Part shown: positions 9,642 to 19,876 of the stretch, in pieces | Layout: every line of letters starts with the position of its first letter | Position numbering within the stretch: the first letter of the stretch is position 1 | Assembly (NCBI GenBank): GCA_038046765.1 | Contig: JBBSVN010000010.1 | Coordinates: forward strand, 1-64,000 | Reading direction: 5' to 3' | DNA length: 64,000 nucleotides | Source of the DNA: Candidatus Micrarchaeota archaeon | GTDB lineage: Archaea > Micrarchaeota > Micrarchaeia > Anstonellales > Bilamarchaeaceae | The notes under the pieces: generated by a model | Told to the model about the DNA's origin: nothing | What the model saw: the letters and a program-made list of their open reading frames with translations, nothing else | The model's database searches: none | Translations under genes and position numbers: made by a program

Positions 9642-11212
9642 TTTTCTTTCCCAGTCTGCGCTTTCGCCCTTCTTAACCTATGATACGCAATCGCAAACCT
9701 ATGCGCTTCGTCTCTACATTGCTGTAATAATTTTAATGCGGCATTATCGCGCCTTAACTTTAATGGGTGCATTTTGTTTGGTATGTAAATTTCCTCCTCC
9801 TTTTTAGCTAGCGAAATAATTGGTACACGTAGCCCAAGTTCTTCAAGCGCATCAATCGCAGCATGTAACTGACCTGGGCCCCCATCTATAAGTATTAAAT
9901 CTGGCAATGTTTTGCCTTCAGTAGTTAGCCGTTCATACCTGCGTTTAACTACCTCGTTCATCATCGAAAAATCATCTTGTCCTTCAACTGTTTTTATCTT
10001 AAATTTGCGATAACTAGCTTTGTTCGCTTTTCCGTTTACAAACTGTACCATTGATGCAACGGAATTTTCTCCAAAGAGTGTTGAAATGTCGAATGTTTCA
10101 ATAACTACTGGGTTATTTTCGAGTTCTAATTCTTCCCTTAATTTCAATACGCTACTATCTATTTCTCCTAGCGTTAATGAATTTTTAGCAATTTCTAATA
10201 TCTTTTGTTTTTCTTTACTTGGAGTCTTGAATGTGTCTTCTTGCGCTAATGCATCATTTAACATGTGCATCTGCTCATCGCCCATATTAGAGAATATTTT
10301 GTTAGGAATAACTTCCTTGGTATAATACTGCATACAAAAAGATATTTCCGGGTCGATCTGTTCGTTTATATCTAAATTTTGTTTCTCGGTTTTTTCTATT
10401 ACACCGTTTTTACTATGCAGGATTTGTACGTAAAGTTTGTTTCCAATTCTTTCTAACCAAAGGTAGTCTTCATCATTTCGTTTTATTTTCTCCACGTTCT
10501 GTCTTTCAAAAAATATTTTAAGCGATTCTATTTGATCTCGTAGTTGTTTTGCTTTTTCATAGTCTAGTTCTTTCGATGCGATACTCATTCTGTGTGTTAG
10601 TATCTCGATTATATTTTTTGCTTCTTTCTTACCTGCAAGTACTTCACTCATCGCATCTACATTTTTCTGATAATCGCCCCTACTAATTCCGTTAATACAG
10701 GGAGCATCACAGTTCCCTATATAATACTGCAAACAAGCTCGTTTAGGTAATTTATTGCAAATCCTTATTTTGAATAATTTTCTTAAATACCTGGAAGAAA
10801 TTTCTCTTTTTGTTCCTTCAACATAAGGTCCGAAATATTCCTTTGCCTTAACTCTAAATTTTCCAGCTGAATTTTTCCTTGCAATTAGTAATCTTGGAAA
10901 TTCTTCATCAGTTACTGCTAAATAAGCATAATGCTTGGCATCTTTTAGGACCATGTTATATTTTGGCTGGTAATTTTTGATTAAATTCGATTCTAAAATA
11001 AGTGCTTCTCTTGGGTTTTTGGTTATTACACAGTCAATTGAATCTATGTTTGAAACTAACATTCTTGTTTTTAATGAACTCTCCCCTGAAAAATAAGATG
11101 ACAACCTTGACCTAAGGGAAGTTGCTTTTCCAACGTATATCACTTGATTTTGGCTGTCCTTCATTAAATAAATTCCCGGCTCACTTGGGTATTTCGTTCT
11201 ATCAAAAATCAT
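9638..11212 (-). CDS. uvrC: Excinuclease ABC subunit C (no C-terminal HhH domain)
   Basis: GIY-YIG 'PGIYLM...IYVGKA..LRSRL', C-x-C cluster, UVR motif 'LDYEKAKQLRDQI', RNase H-like 'ETFDIS...DLILIDGG..Q...RDEAHRFA'. Confidence 0.95.
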   Translation of the reverse strand: MIFDRTKYPSEPGIYLMKDSQNQVIYVGKATSLRSRLSSYFSGESSLKTRMLVSNIDSIDCVITKNPREALILESNLIKNYQPKYNMVLKDAKHYAYLAVTDEEFPRLLIARKNSAGKFRVKAKEYFGPYVEGTKREISSRYLRKLFKIRICNKLPKRACLQYYIGNCDAPCINGISRGDYQKNVDAMSEVLAGKKEAKNIIEILTHRMSIASKELDYEKAKQLRDQIESLKIFFERQNVEKIKRNDEDYLWLERIGNKLYVQILHSKNGVIEKTEKQNLDINEQIDPEISFCMQYYTKEVIPNKIFSNMGDEQMHMLNDALAQEDTFKTPSKEKQKILEIAKNSLTLGEIDSSVLKLREELELENNPVVIETFDISTLFGENSVASMVQFVNGKANKASYRKFKIKTVEGQDDFSMMNEVVKRRYERLTTEGKTLPDLILIDGGPGQLHAAIDALEELGLRVPIISLAKKEEEIYIPNKMHPLKLRRDNAALKLLQQCRDEAHRFAIAYHRLRRAKAQTGKEN

Positions 11213-11221
11213 AGTCCTTCT

Positions 11222-12526
11222 CTATCCTGTTTTGTTCATATTTTGTGCAATTCCAAAGTTTGCATTTTCTACACAAAATATTTTATCTGCACTTTCGTTT
11301 AAGTATTTCAAACAAATGTTTGTATCGTTATATAAAATTGCTGAATTCAAATAGCATCGAACTTTCCAGCTGTCTAATTTCATGCCTGCACAGTTTTCTG
11401 GTTTTAAATTTGGGTTATTATCCATTGCACCTAAATAACAAGCTGGTTTTGATCCTATGTTTGATATTATTTCGCACGTACTTGGGTTTCCAAATATTTT
11501 TGCATATTGGACATAACAAAGTGACCTTGATAATACTGAACCTTCTTCAATTGAGTCACATCCGGTTATGTCTCCACTAACCCAAGAGTAATTCTGATAA
11601 CAGTTCCACTTGTTTAATAAATCTACTTTTTGACATAAATTCTTGTTTTTAGTTGAAATTGCAAAGTATGCGTAGCAATTAAGTTCATATGTTGATCCTT
11701 TTGAAGTGTACTGGCATATTGAAACATCATTAATTTTCTTTGCATAAAGTTCCCTGCAATAATCCTGATTCGCCACCACACTTAAGTTTCCGCATAAATC
11801 CGTTCCTGCTGCCAAGCTATTGCAAAGACCTTGCGAAGCTGAATTAGAAATTACATCACAAGCGGAGTTATTTTTAAAATTCTGTGCAAAGTTTATCAAA
11901 CAATTTTCATCACTCCCGCATAATGCGTAATCCTTGCTGCTAACTGCAAAGCACGCTCTAAATTCGTCTCCTGTTTTGTAATAACAGGGTGCAACTAAAT
12001 CAATACAAGATCGTACATCTGCGCTATTGAGTTTTTTACATAATTCTACTGAATTTGTTTCAAGTGCGAACTTTCTCACGCAAACACTCCTTATTGAATA
12101 ATCATATATATTTGTACATGCACTTACTGAATAGTTTACAAATTGAGTATAACAACTCTGTTTTATTGAACTATCTGCAATCTTTTCGCACGTCTGTGAA
12201 TCATTTTGAGTCTCTGCAATTTGTAGAAGACAAATGTCACTTATACACGTTTCATTGATATTTGTATTATTAATCGTAATATTAGGTACCACTAAATTCT
12301 CGTTTTGATTTTTTTGTGTGTTCAAGAAGAAATATGCTCCTACTAATGCTAAAAATAATATTACTAAAATTCCTAAAATCAAGAATGGTGTGGTTTGTTT
12401 TACATTGCTTCTATCTTCGGAACTTGAAAATTTATTCTGATTCGTTGCAGATGGAACGTACTCTGGAGTTTGACTTATTTCCGGCTTTTTATTACTTGCA
12501 AATTGATACTTTTTCTCGCCTTTCAT
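11222..12526 (-). CDS. Type II membrane-anchored protein with tandem Cys-rich repeats
   Basis: One N-terminal TM helix, then about 26-aa repeats of the form 'A....D...C..I......C'. Confidence 0.8.
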   Translation of the reverse strand: MKGEKKYQFASNKKPEISQTPEYVPSATNQNKFSSSEDRSNVKQTTPFLILGILVILFLALVGAYFFLNTQKNQNENLVVPNITINNTNINETCISDICLLQIAETQNDSQTCEKIADSSIKQSCYTQFVNYSVSACTNIYDYSIRSVCVRKFALETNSVELCKKLNSADVRSCIDLVAPCYYKTGDEFRACFAVSSKDYALCGSDENCLINFAQNFKNNSACDVISNSASQGLCNSLAAGTDLCGNLSVVANQDYCRELYAKKINDVSICQYTSKGSTYELNCYAYFAISTKNKNLCQKVDLLNKWNCYQNYSWVSGDITGCDSIEEGSVLSRSLCYVQYAKIFGNPSTCEIISNIGSKPACYLGAMDNNPNLKPENCAGMKLDSWKVRCYLNSAILYNDTNICLKYLNESADKIFCVENANFGIAQNMNKTG

Positions 12527-12558
12527 GCTATTACTAAGGAAAATAGCTATTTAAATAT

Positions 12559-12642
12559 TGGCATGTGGCAAGTGGCAGGTAGCCAGTAGCAATTAGCCAT
12601 TGGCAGGTAGTAAGTGGTCACTAGCTAAGGGCTAACGGCTAC
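12559..12642. repeat. Degenerate 7-bp tandem repeat array
   Basis: tggcatg tggcaag tggcagg tagccag tagcaat tagccat tggcagg tagtaag tggtcac tagctaa gggctaa cggctac. Confidence 0.8.
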
Positions 12643-12732
12643 AAGCAGCATATTGCTGTTGTTCATTGCGTTTTTTTGTTTTTTCAAATCTTAGGCGAAA
12701 AATTTTAGGTATTTAAATCTTATCTGAATTAG

Positions 12733-12822
12733 AAGTGGTTTGCTCATACAAGAGCAAGAGTTGTGGGAGGTAGTTGGAGGCTTTGCCCTACCAACTCCTC
12801 TAGTGGATTCTACTTATCTTTT
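12733..12822 (+). ncRNA. Candidate small structured RNA
   Basis: GC-enriched intergenic segment with hairpins TTGCTC/GAGCAA and GAGG..GTTGG..GGC/GCC..CCAAC.CCTC; TTTAAAT about 20 nt upstream and a T-tract downstream. Confidence 0.35.
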
Positions 12823-12849
12823 TGGATATTGTGTTTAAATTTATATTAC

Positions 12850-13317
12850 TTACTTCTCAATTAATTCATAACACATCATCGTTCTTGTTTCCCCTACGTT
12901 CTTTTGTTTTCTTAATCCCTTAACAACGACTTCGTTTAACTCCTCCATGGATGATAATCTCGCCTTAAAAATAATGTCAAACTCGCCCGTTAGCATTGCC
13001 GCTTCATAAGCTTGGGGTAGTTTTATTATTTGATTTAATAATTCCTTTTGGTCTGCCCCCTGAACTGCTTTTACTAGTACAAACGCGCTTAATGTTTTAC
13101 CTAGTTTTTGATGGTCTAAGTTTAGCGTGTAACCTGTAATTATTTTATTTTTTTCAAGTTTCTTTATCCTGTTGTGGATTGTAGTCATTGGGATACCTGT
13201 TCTTTTAGCTAGCTTTTGTTCTGACAAAGTCGAATCTTTTTTTAGTTCCTCTATTATTGCCTGGTCTTTCTCGTCAATTTTAATTGTTTCTTCTAAATTT
13301 TTTGTTTTTTCATTCAT
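12850..13317 (-). CDS. Lrp/AsnC family transcriptional regulator
   Basis: 'DEKDQAIIEELKKD...LAKRTGIPMTTIHNRIKKLE...ITGY' HTH plus RAM domain 'LTGEFDI'. Confidence 0.93.
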   Translation of the reverse strand: MNEKTKNLEETIKIDEKDQAIIEELKKDSTLSEQKLAKRTGIPMTTIHNRIKKLEKNKIITGYTLNLDHQKLGKTLSAFVLVKAVQGADQKELLNQIIKLPQAYEAAMLTGEFDIIFKARLSSMEELNEVVVKGLRKQKNVGETRTMMCYELIEK

Positions 13318-13495
13318 AAAATTTCACCAAATCGGAGTTTTTATTCCATTTTTTTACTTAAAGCTGTTGAAAATTGAGTAAATAATCTGTTTATTACTGC
13401 TTAACTTTAAATACTGCTGCAAAACAAAGTTGAAATTATTATTTTCTTTTTTAGTTAGTTTTAGTACTGGAAAAAACTAGAGTTGAGGTGCAAAT

Positions 13496-14560
13496 ATGCG
13501 AATTGTTGTAGCTGATGAGATGAATCCGAACGTTTTAAGAGAACTTAGAGAAATTGTATCTTTAACTCAAGGTGGATATGTTCATTATCTTTTAGATAAA
13601 TCGGATGAATCTCCAGCTGTCCGTTTGGAAAGAGAATTGGTGGCAGCAGAAGTCCTTATTGTAAGAAGTGAAACCAAATTAGTTAAAAATACATTAGCAG
13701 AACTTACCCATCCTAATTTAGTTTTGGTCGCAAGAGCTGGAATTGGTTTAGATAATATAAATGTTCCACTCGCCCAGCAAATGGGACTTACTATCGCAAA
13801 TACTCCAGATGCGCATATTTTTAATGTATCCGAGCATACGATCGCACTAATCCTTGCATTATCTAAAGATCTTCGATCTGCTGTGAATCATGCAGATAAT
13901 GGAAAATGGGCAAAAAAACAATTAAAGCCCGTTGAACTATATGATAAAACCTTAGGTATTGTTGGTTTTGGGAATATTGGGCAAGAAGTTGCTAAGAGAT
14001 TGCACTACGCTTTTGGTATGAATGTTCTATTCTATGATGCACTTCCAAAAGAGAGTGACTTTGCAACTCCAGTACCACTTGCAGATTTGTTTGCTCGTTC
14101 TGACGTTATAAGTTTACATCTGCCTTCGCTTGAGAGTACAAAAAATATAGTTAACGAAACATTACTAAGATTACTCAAAGAAGGTGTAATTTTAGCCAAT
14201 ACTGGTAGGGGCGATACTGTTGATGAGAATGCACTTTGGGAAATAATTCGTGCTAGACCTAAAATGCGTGTTGGTTTGGATGTCATTGCGACTGAAGAAA
14301 CAAAAGATCGTCCTGCGGTGCTTCCACCAACGGATATAATCACCATGTCTCGTTTTCTATTTACTCCGCATGTTGCTTCAGCAACTGATGAAGCAAACGA
14401 AAGGTGTGGTTTTGCAATAGCTAATTTTTTACGAGAAAAGAGCGGGCTTGATACAAAATGGCATGGTCGAAAAGATTTAATGGCAAGCGTAGTTGGTGGT
14501 TCTCAAAAAGATCTAATTCAAACTAGATTAAGAAGAGTTCCAGCTACAATGCGTGTTTAA
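13496..14560 (+). CDS. D-isomer-specific 2-hydroxyacid dehydrogenase (SerA/phosphoglycerate dehydrogenase-like)
   Basis: RAGIGLDN, GIVGFGNIG, SLHLP, NTGRG, LDV..TE, TPHVA catalytic motifs; GAGGTG RBS; divergent from Lrp. Confidence 0.88.
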   Translation: MRIVVADEMNPNVLRELREIVSLTQGGYVHYLLDKSDESPAVRLERELVAAEVLIVRSETKLVKNTLAELTHPNLVLVARAGIGLDNINVPLAQQMGLTIANTPDAHIFNVSEHTIALILALSKDLRSAVNHADNGKWAKKQLKPVELYDKTLGIVGFGNIGQEVAKRLHYAFGMNVLFYDALPKESDFATPVPLADLFARSDVISLHLPSLESTKNIVNETLLRLLKEGVILANTGRGDTVDENALWEIIRARPKMRVGLDVIATEETKDRPAVLPPTDIITMSRFLFTPHVASATDEANERCGFAIANFLREKSGLDTKWHGRKDLMASVVGGSQKDLIQTRLRRVPATMRV

Positions 14561-14741
14561 CCCTTTTTTTCTTTTTTCCCTTAATATTCGTCCGAATTTC
14601 ACGGGCGTAAGCTTTAAAAAATAGTTGTTCGATAGTTTTTATATTAGTCTTATTCTAATTAATGAATAAGCTTAAGTACAAAAATAATAATTATTAGTGG
14701 CATTTTCTAGTAATTATATCGATTTAAAAGGTGAATAAAAC

Positions 14742-16022
14742 ATGGCAGGAAAAGAACACATGAACATAGTATTTATTGGACACGTCGATAGTGGTAAATC
14801 TACTACGGTAGGTAGAATTCTATACGAAACAGGAGCGATAAGCGAACAAGTTTTAAATAAATTAAAGGATGAAGCAGCAAAAGTCGGTAAGGCAACTTTC
14901 GAATTTGCTTTCGTCATGGATTCTTTAAAAGAAGAAAGAGAAAGAGGAGTTACAATTGACATTTCTCATCGAGAATTTCAAACTCCAAAATATTATTACA
15001 CTATTATAGATGCTCCAGGACACAGAGATTTTGTTAAAAACATGATTACCGGTGCAGCACAAGCTGATGCAGCTGCATTAGTAGTTTCAGTAAAAGATGG
15101 TATTCAACCACAAACAAAAGAACATGCATTCTTAGCAAAAGTACTTGGTATTAATCAGATCGTAATAAACATGAACAAAATGGATGCTGTAGAGTGGAGC
15201 CAAGCAAAATACAATGACACAAAAGTTGAAGTTGAAAAACTCTTAAAAGGTATTGGTTACAAAACTGAAGGAATTCATTTTGTTCCATGTTCTGGTTATT
15301 TTGGAGCAAATCTTACAAAGAAAGCAACTGACAAAATGCCTTGGTATACTGGCCCAACTTTACTTGAAGTATTGGATGGTTTTAAAATACCTGCAAAATT
15401 GACTGATAAACCATTAAGACTACCAATTCAGGATGTTTTCACAATCACTGGTCACGGTACTGTTCCAGTAGGAAGAGTAGAAACTGGTATTATGAAATTA
15501 AATGAAAGTGTAGTAATTATGCCATCAGGAGCAAAGGGTGATGTTAAGAAAATCGAAATGCATCATCAAGAATTGCAACAAGCAGCCCCTGGAGATAACG
15601 TTGGATTTAACGTAAAGGGTATTGAAAAGAAAGATATTAAGAGAGGAGACGTATTAGGTCCATCTTCAAACCCACCAACTGTTGCTGCTGAATTTACTGC
15701 ACAAATTGTAGTGCTAAACCATCCAACTGCAATTTCAGCTGGTTATACACCTGTATGTCACATCCACACTGCACAATTTGCAGGAAGGATTGTAGAAATA
15801 TTGGAGAAGAAAGATCCAAAATCAGGACAACCACTTCCAGGAAAACCTGATTTCATTAAGACTGGTGATGTTGCAATTGTAAAGATCCAACCAATGAAAG
15901 CAGTTGTCATTGAAAAATTCGCAGACTTTCCACCATTAGGGAGATTTGCAATTAGGGACATGGGTCAGACAGTAGCAGCTGGTGTAGTATTAAGCGTAAC
16001 ACCAAAAGCAGCTGAAAAGTAA
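14742..16022 (+). CDS. tuf: Translation elongation factor 1-alpha (aEF1A)
   Basis: [45 protein letters not shown]. Confidence 0.98.
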   Translation: MAGKEHMNIVFIGHVDSGKSTTVGRILYETGAISEQVLNKLKDEAAKVGKATFEFAFVMDSLKEERERGVTIDISHREFQTPKYYYTIIDAPGHRDFVKNMITGAAQADAAALVVSVKDGIQPQTKEHAFLAKVLGINQIVINMNKMDAVEWSQAKYNDTKVEVEKLLKGIGYKTEGIHFVPCSGYFGANLTKKATDKMPWYTGPTLLEVLDGFKIPAKLTDKPLRLPIQDVFTITGHGTVPVGRVETGIMKLNESVVIMPSGAKGDVKKIEMHHQELQQAAPGDNVGFNVKGIEKKDIKRGDVLGPSSNPPTVAAEFTAQIVVLNHPTAISAGYTPVCHIHTAQFAGRIVEILEKKDPKSGQPLPGKPDFIKTGDVAIVKIQPMKAVVIEKFADFPPLGRFAIRDMGQTVAAGVVLSVTPKAAEK

Positions 16023-16025
16023 ATT

Positions 16026-16090
16026 AAATTTACTTTTTAACTCTCTTTAACTTTTTTTATTTCTTTTTATTTTATTTTAAGTTTTTTTGA
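16026..16090 (+). terminator. Oligo-T archaeal terminator region after tuf
   Basis: Several T5-T7 runs immediately after the stop codon. Confidence 0.55.
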
Positions 16091-16167
16091 CTATTTTTTC
16101 GCAAGACGCAAAGCGCTAGACTCGAAACAGACTGTTTTTTAATTACTTTGCGGTTTACTAAACTAAT

Positions 16168-16944
16168 ATGTTCGAATATATCTTAGAATCTTTTAGCTTT
16201 TCAAATATTAATTTCAACAAACTCTTCAAGCAGTTTTTCATTGTAAATTTCTTCCTAACCTTCATTATCTTTATTCTGGGTTATGGCACGGGTATTTTAG
16301 TTCCAAATATAATTGATATTCTTTTTTCCCAACCCTACCTTATTTTGCCTTTATTCTTAATTGTATTCTTCATGAACGATTTTGCAACTGTTTTAATGTA
16401 TAAACTAATTGACAATGTAAGAAATCAAAAACAAGAGAGTCTCGTATCTATTTCGTTTAATGCATTCTTTCCATTTATAAAAATTGCACTAATATTGCTT
16501 TTTATAGATATTCTTATTTTGGGAGGCGTATTCTTAGTTTTGTATCTTTTTACTAAAGAAGCTCTTTCATTATTGCTTTTAATTGTACTTTTACCACTTT
16601 TATCATTAGTATCTCTGCTTGTAAAGTTCTTCCTTCAGTTTTCTTTGATTGAATTTGCATTAAATAAAAGAGGTGCAATAGAAAGTATCGTTTCCTCAAT
16701 CAATCTGACAAAGAAAAATATCTTGAAGGTATTTGCCTTCTCTTTAGTGTATTTATTTTTGATCTCTGGTTCTTTTCTGGTTTTCAATATAAATGCTGAT
16801 TTTTTATCTAATTATATTTCAAATTCCCTTGTATTGGAAGTTATCAATACAATTATCAGTTCATTTTTCCTTAGCCTAGCTCAAATATATTTTTATGTAA
16901 GTCTAGTATACTTTTTCTGGCTTAAAATAAAGGATACAAAATAA
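16168..16944 (+). CDS. Polytopic membrane protein of unknown function
   Basis: About 6 TM helices; 'GAIESIVSSINLTKKN' loop typical of GDPD-membrane-domain-like proteins. Confidence 0.75.
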   Translation: MFEYILESFSFSNINFNKLFKQFFIVNFFLTFIIFILGYGTGILVPNIIDILFSQPYLILPLFLIVFFMNDFATVLMYKLIDNVRNQKQESLVSISFNAFFPFIKIALILLFIDILILGGVFLVLYLFTKEALSLLLLIVLLPLLSLVSLLVKFFLQFSLIEFALNKRGAIESIVSSINLTKKNILKVFAFSLVYLFLISGSFLVFNINADFLSNYISNSLVLEVINTIISSFFLSLAQIYFYVSLVYFFWLKIKDTK

Positions 16945-17164
16945 TTCTTTTTCCTCTTTCGATCCAGTTTCTTCTCTATTTTTTAATCTTATCTTAGATT
17001 ACAACCTATGCTTGGATGTAAGCATTCATTGATTCACAAGAATATGAAAGAATTAGAAACAAGATTAACCTAATAAAGTCAAAATTTCTTGATTTATAAT
17101 GCTTTTTAATCTTCTCTTACAATATTTATTTATAATTCTTAGAATTAACTCTAGGTGATTTTAA

Positions 17165-18466
17165 ATGATAGACACTAAAATTTCTGATATATTTCTAAAA
17201 AAAATGGAAGGCGAAAAAGTTACATTTCGTGGTTGGATTTACCGTCATAGGGTTGGCGGTGGCGGAGCTATGGTCTTTGCTGTAGTTCGTGATGCATCTG
17301 GGGTAATCCAAGTAACACTTAAAAAAGAAAACATCGATGAAAAAAGTTTTAAACAAGCTGCAGATGTTTACTTGGAAAGTTCAATCACTGTTAGTGGAAC
17401 AGTAAAAAAAGATGACCGCGCTCCCGGAGGATATGAAATTGTTGGGGAAAGTTTTGAAACAATTTCTAAAGGAGAACCATTTCCAATTTCAAAAGACTTA
17501 AGTGAAGAATTTTTACTAGATGTTCGGCATTTGTGGCTTAGGTCGCAAAAACTAACAAATGTTATGAAAGCCCGGGCACACATAGTAAATTACTTAAGAG
17601 AATTTTTTGCAAAAGATGGCTTTTGGGAAGTACCTCCACCTATAATTACAAAAGCAGATTGCGAAGGAGGTTCCGAAGTATTTAAGTTTAATTATTTTGG
17701 TGAAGAAGCATCCTTAACCCAAAGTTCGCAGATGTATGCTGAAGTTTTTATTTATTCATTAGAAAAAGTTTATGTCCTAGCACCTTCATTTCGGGCTGAA
17801 AAATCGCGTACGTTACGTCACTTAGCTGAATACTGGCATTTAGAACCAGAAATGGCTTTTTACGATTATAAAATGAACATGGAACTACAAGAACAGATGG
17901 TAGAGTACGTTGCACAAAATTTAGTAAAAAATCATCCTGATCTACTTAAAGCATTAGGGCGAAATCCAGACGATTTAGCAAAAGTTAAAGGACCATTTGA
18001 AAGAATGGACTATGAAAATGCAGTAGAAAAAGTAAACGAACTCGGTGGAAAAATGGAATACGGTCAGGATTTTGGTCATGACGAAGAAGTACTTATTACA
18101 AAGGACTTGGAAAAACCAATATTTGTTCATCACTTCCCTAAAGAAATTAAATCATTCTACATGAAAGAGGATCCAACGCGACCAGGTACTGTACTAAATA
18201 ATGATTTACTAGCTCCAAACGGCCACGGTGAAATAATTGGCGGAAGCGAAAGAATCTGGCAAATAGATGAACTTTTAGCAAGAATGGAAGAAAAGAAAAT
18301 GCCCAAGGAAGGTTTCAAATGGTATACTGATTTACGAAGGTACGGAAGCGTTCCTCATAGCGGGTTTGGCTTAGGAATTGAAAGATTAACTAAGTGGATG
18401 CTTAACTTAGATCATATTCGTGATACGATACCGTTTCCAAGAACGATAACTAGGTGCTATCCTTAG
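17165..18466 (+). CDS. asnS: Asparagine--tRNA ligase
   Basis: OB-fold 'RGWI...VRDASG', motif 2 'FRAEKSRTLRHLAEYWHLEPE', 'EIIGGSER', motif 3 'RYGSVPHSGFGLGIER'. Confidence 0.93.
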   Translation: MIDTKISDIFLKKMEGEKVTFRGWIYRHRVGGGGAMVFAVVRDASGVIQVTLKKENIDEKSFKQAADVYLESSITVSGTVKKDDRAPGGYEIVGESFETISKGEPFPISKDLSEEFLLDVRHLWLRSQKLTNVMKARAHIVNYLREFFAKDGFWEVPPPIITKADCEGGSEVFKFNYFGEEASLTQSSQMYAEVFIYSLEKVYVLAPSFRAEKSRTLRHLAEYWHLEPEMAFYDYKMNMELQEQMVEYVAQNLVKNHPDLLKALGRNPDDLAKVKGPFERMDYENAVEKVNELGGKMEYGQDFGHDEEVLITKDLEKPIFVHHFPKEIKSFYMKEDPTRPGTVLNNDLLAPNGHGEIIGGSERIWQIDELLARMEEKKMPKEGFKWYTDLRRYGSVPHSGFGLGIERLTKWMLNLDHIRDTIPFPRTITRCYP

Positions 18467-18602
18467 AAAAACGCGAGGGGAGGTTTCCCCTCTCATATCC
18501 AGTGAACTCGCGTTCACTAGCCATTCAACTTCTTCGAAGTTGAACATTCTCTACTTCCTGATCCCCCCTCATCCTTTTAATTATTGTCGAGTTAATACTT
18601 GC

Positions 18603-19103
18603 ATGTTAGAAATCCGTGCAATTAAAAAATCAGATAAAGTTAAATCATTTCTGGATTTTATTTGCGAACTAGTTGATGAAGACACGTATCTACTGATAAA
18701 TACTAAACCAACTTTAAAGCAAGAACAAGAGTGGCTTAAGAAGAATCTAGTTGATCAAAACAAAAACCAAGCGATTTTTCTTACTGTTTGGGATGAGAAT
18801 AAATTGGTAGGTATTTGCAGTGCTATTAAAGACAAATGGAGAGAAAAAAATAATTGCGTAGTTGGGATAAGTATTCTTAAAAAATATCGTGGCAAGGGAT
18901 TAGGAGAAACGCTCTTGCGACAAGTAATTAAACTAACAAAACAAAAGTTAAAACCAAAAAATATCTACCTTCATGTTGCAGAAGCAAATAAACCCGCTTT
19001 CGAGCTTTATAAAAAAGTCGGATTTAAGGAAATTACAAGGCTTCCAAATTGGATATTACATAAAGATAAATATATTGGCCAAATAATAATGTTGCTTAAG
19101 TGA
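18603..19103 (+). CDS. GNAT family N-acetyltransferase
   Basis: 'GISILKKYRGKGLGETL', 'NKPAFELYKKVGF'. ATG 18603 preferred because a TTTTAA box lies about 25 nt upstream. Confidence 0.88.
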   Translation: MLEIRAIKKSDKVKSFLDFICELVDEDTYLLINTKPTLKQEQEWLKKNLVDQNKNQAIFLTVWDENKLVGICSAIKDKWREKNNCVVGISILKKYRGKGLGETLLRQVIKLTKQKLKPKNIYLHVAEANKPAFELYKKVGFKEITRLPNWILHKDKYIGQIIMLLK

Positions 19104-19127
19104 CAAATTCCATACGGGGGTTATAAA

Positions 19128-19664
19128 ATGCAAAAAGATTCGATAAAAAAATTATACATACTTCAAGTTCGCGAAGGTGGTATTTCCAGCCTTACCTTTG
19201 GTACTTTAAACGAAAACGAAAAATCAATGCTTTATGAAAAAGAAGGCAGGTATTACCTAAATAAAGATTTTAGAAATCAAATTCGAGTAGTTATGACTGG
19301 CGGAGGTTTTGACATCATTCACATCGGACACATCCATACTCTTAAGGACGCAAAAGCGCATGGAGATGTTTTAATCGTAAGTATCGCTAGGGATGATCTA
19401 ATAATGAAAAATAAAGGCAGACTAATTAATTCTCAAGAAGTACGCGCCCAAATTGTTGAAGCACTTAAACCCGTAGATTTAGCCTTAGTTGGTGTTGATG
19501 ATCCTAAAACTACATTTGAAAAAGTAAAACCTCAGGTTATTGTTTATGGATATGATCAAAACCCTTTTCTTAAGCCAGATGGGGTAGAAATTGTAAAATT
19601 AGAAAAATTTATTTTCCCAGAAAAGTTTAAGACAAGTAAAATGATTGAACAAATGGGGTTGTAA
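19128..19664 (+). CDS. ribL: Cytidylyltransferase-family nucleotidyltransferase, probable archaeal FAD synthetase
   Basis: GGFDIIHIGH (HxGH), 'VSIARD', 'ALKPVD', 'GYDQ', 'KTSKMI'. Confidence 0.7.
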   Translation: MQKDSIKKLYILQVREGGISSLTFGTLNENEKSMLYEKEGRYYLNKDFRNQIRVVMTGGGFDIIHIGHIHTLKDAKAHGDVLIVSIARDDLIMKNKGRLINSQEVRAQIVEALKPVDLALVGVDDPKTTFEKVKPQVIVYGYDQNPFLKPDGVEIVKLEKFIFPEKFKTSKMIEQMGL

Positions 19665-19669
19665 TTCGT

Positions 19670-19876
19670 TCATATTCTTAATATTTTATTTAACTGATGA
19701 TAAAAATCTTCCTCGTCTGTTTCGAAATCTAGGTTTCTTTCTTTTAAAATTTCGAACACTTTCCATATATTAATCCCTGCATTTTCTCCTATTTTGCCAA
19801 TACTTATCTTTCCCTCGCGGTAAAATATCAATGCGTTATTTAATTTTTCCTCGTTTAATTCTATCCTGTTTTTCAC
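19670..19876 (-). CDS. UPF0175-like small HTH protein
   Basis: 'ALIFYREGKISIGKIGENAGINIWKVFEILKER'. Confidence 0.7.
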   Translation of the reverse strand: MKNRIELNEEKLNNALIFYREGKISIGKIGENAGINIWKVFEILKERNLDFETDEEDFYHQLNKILRI

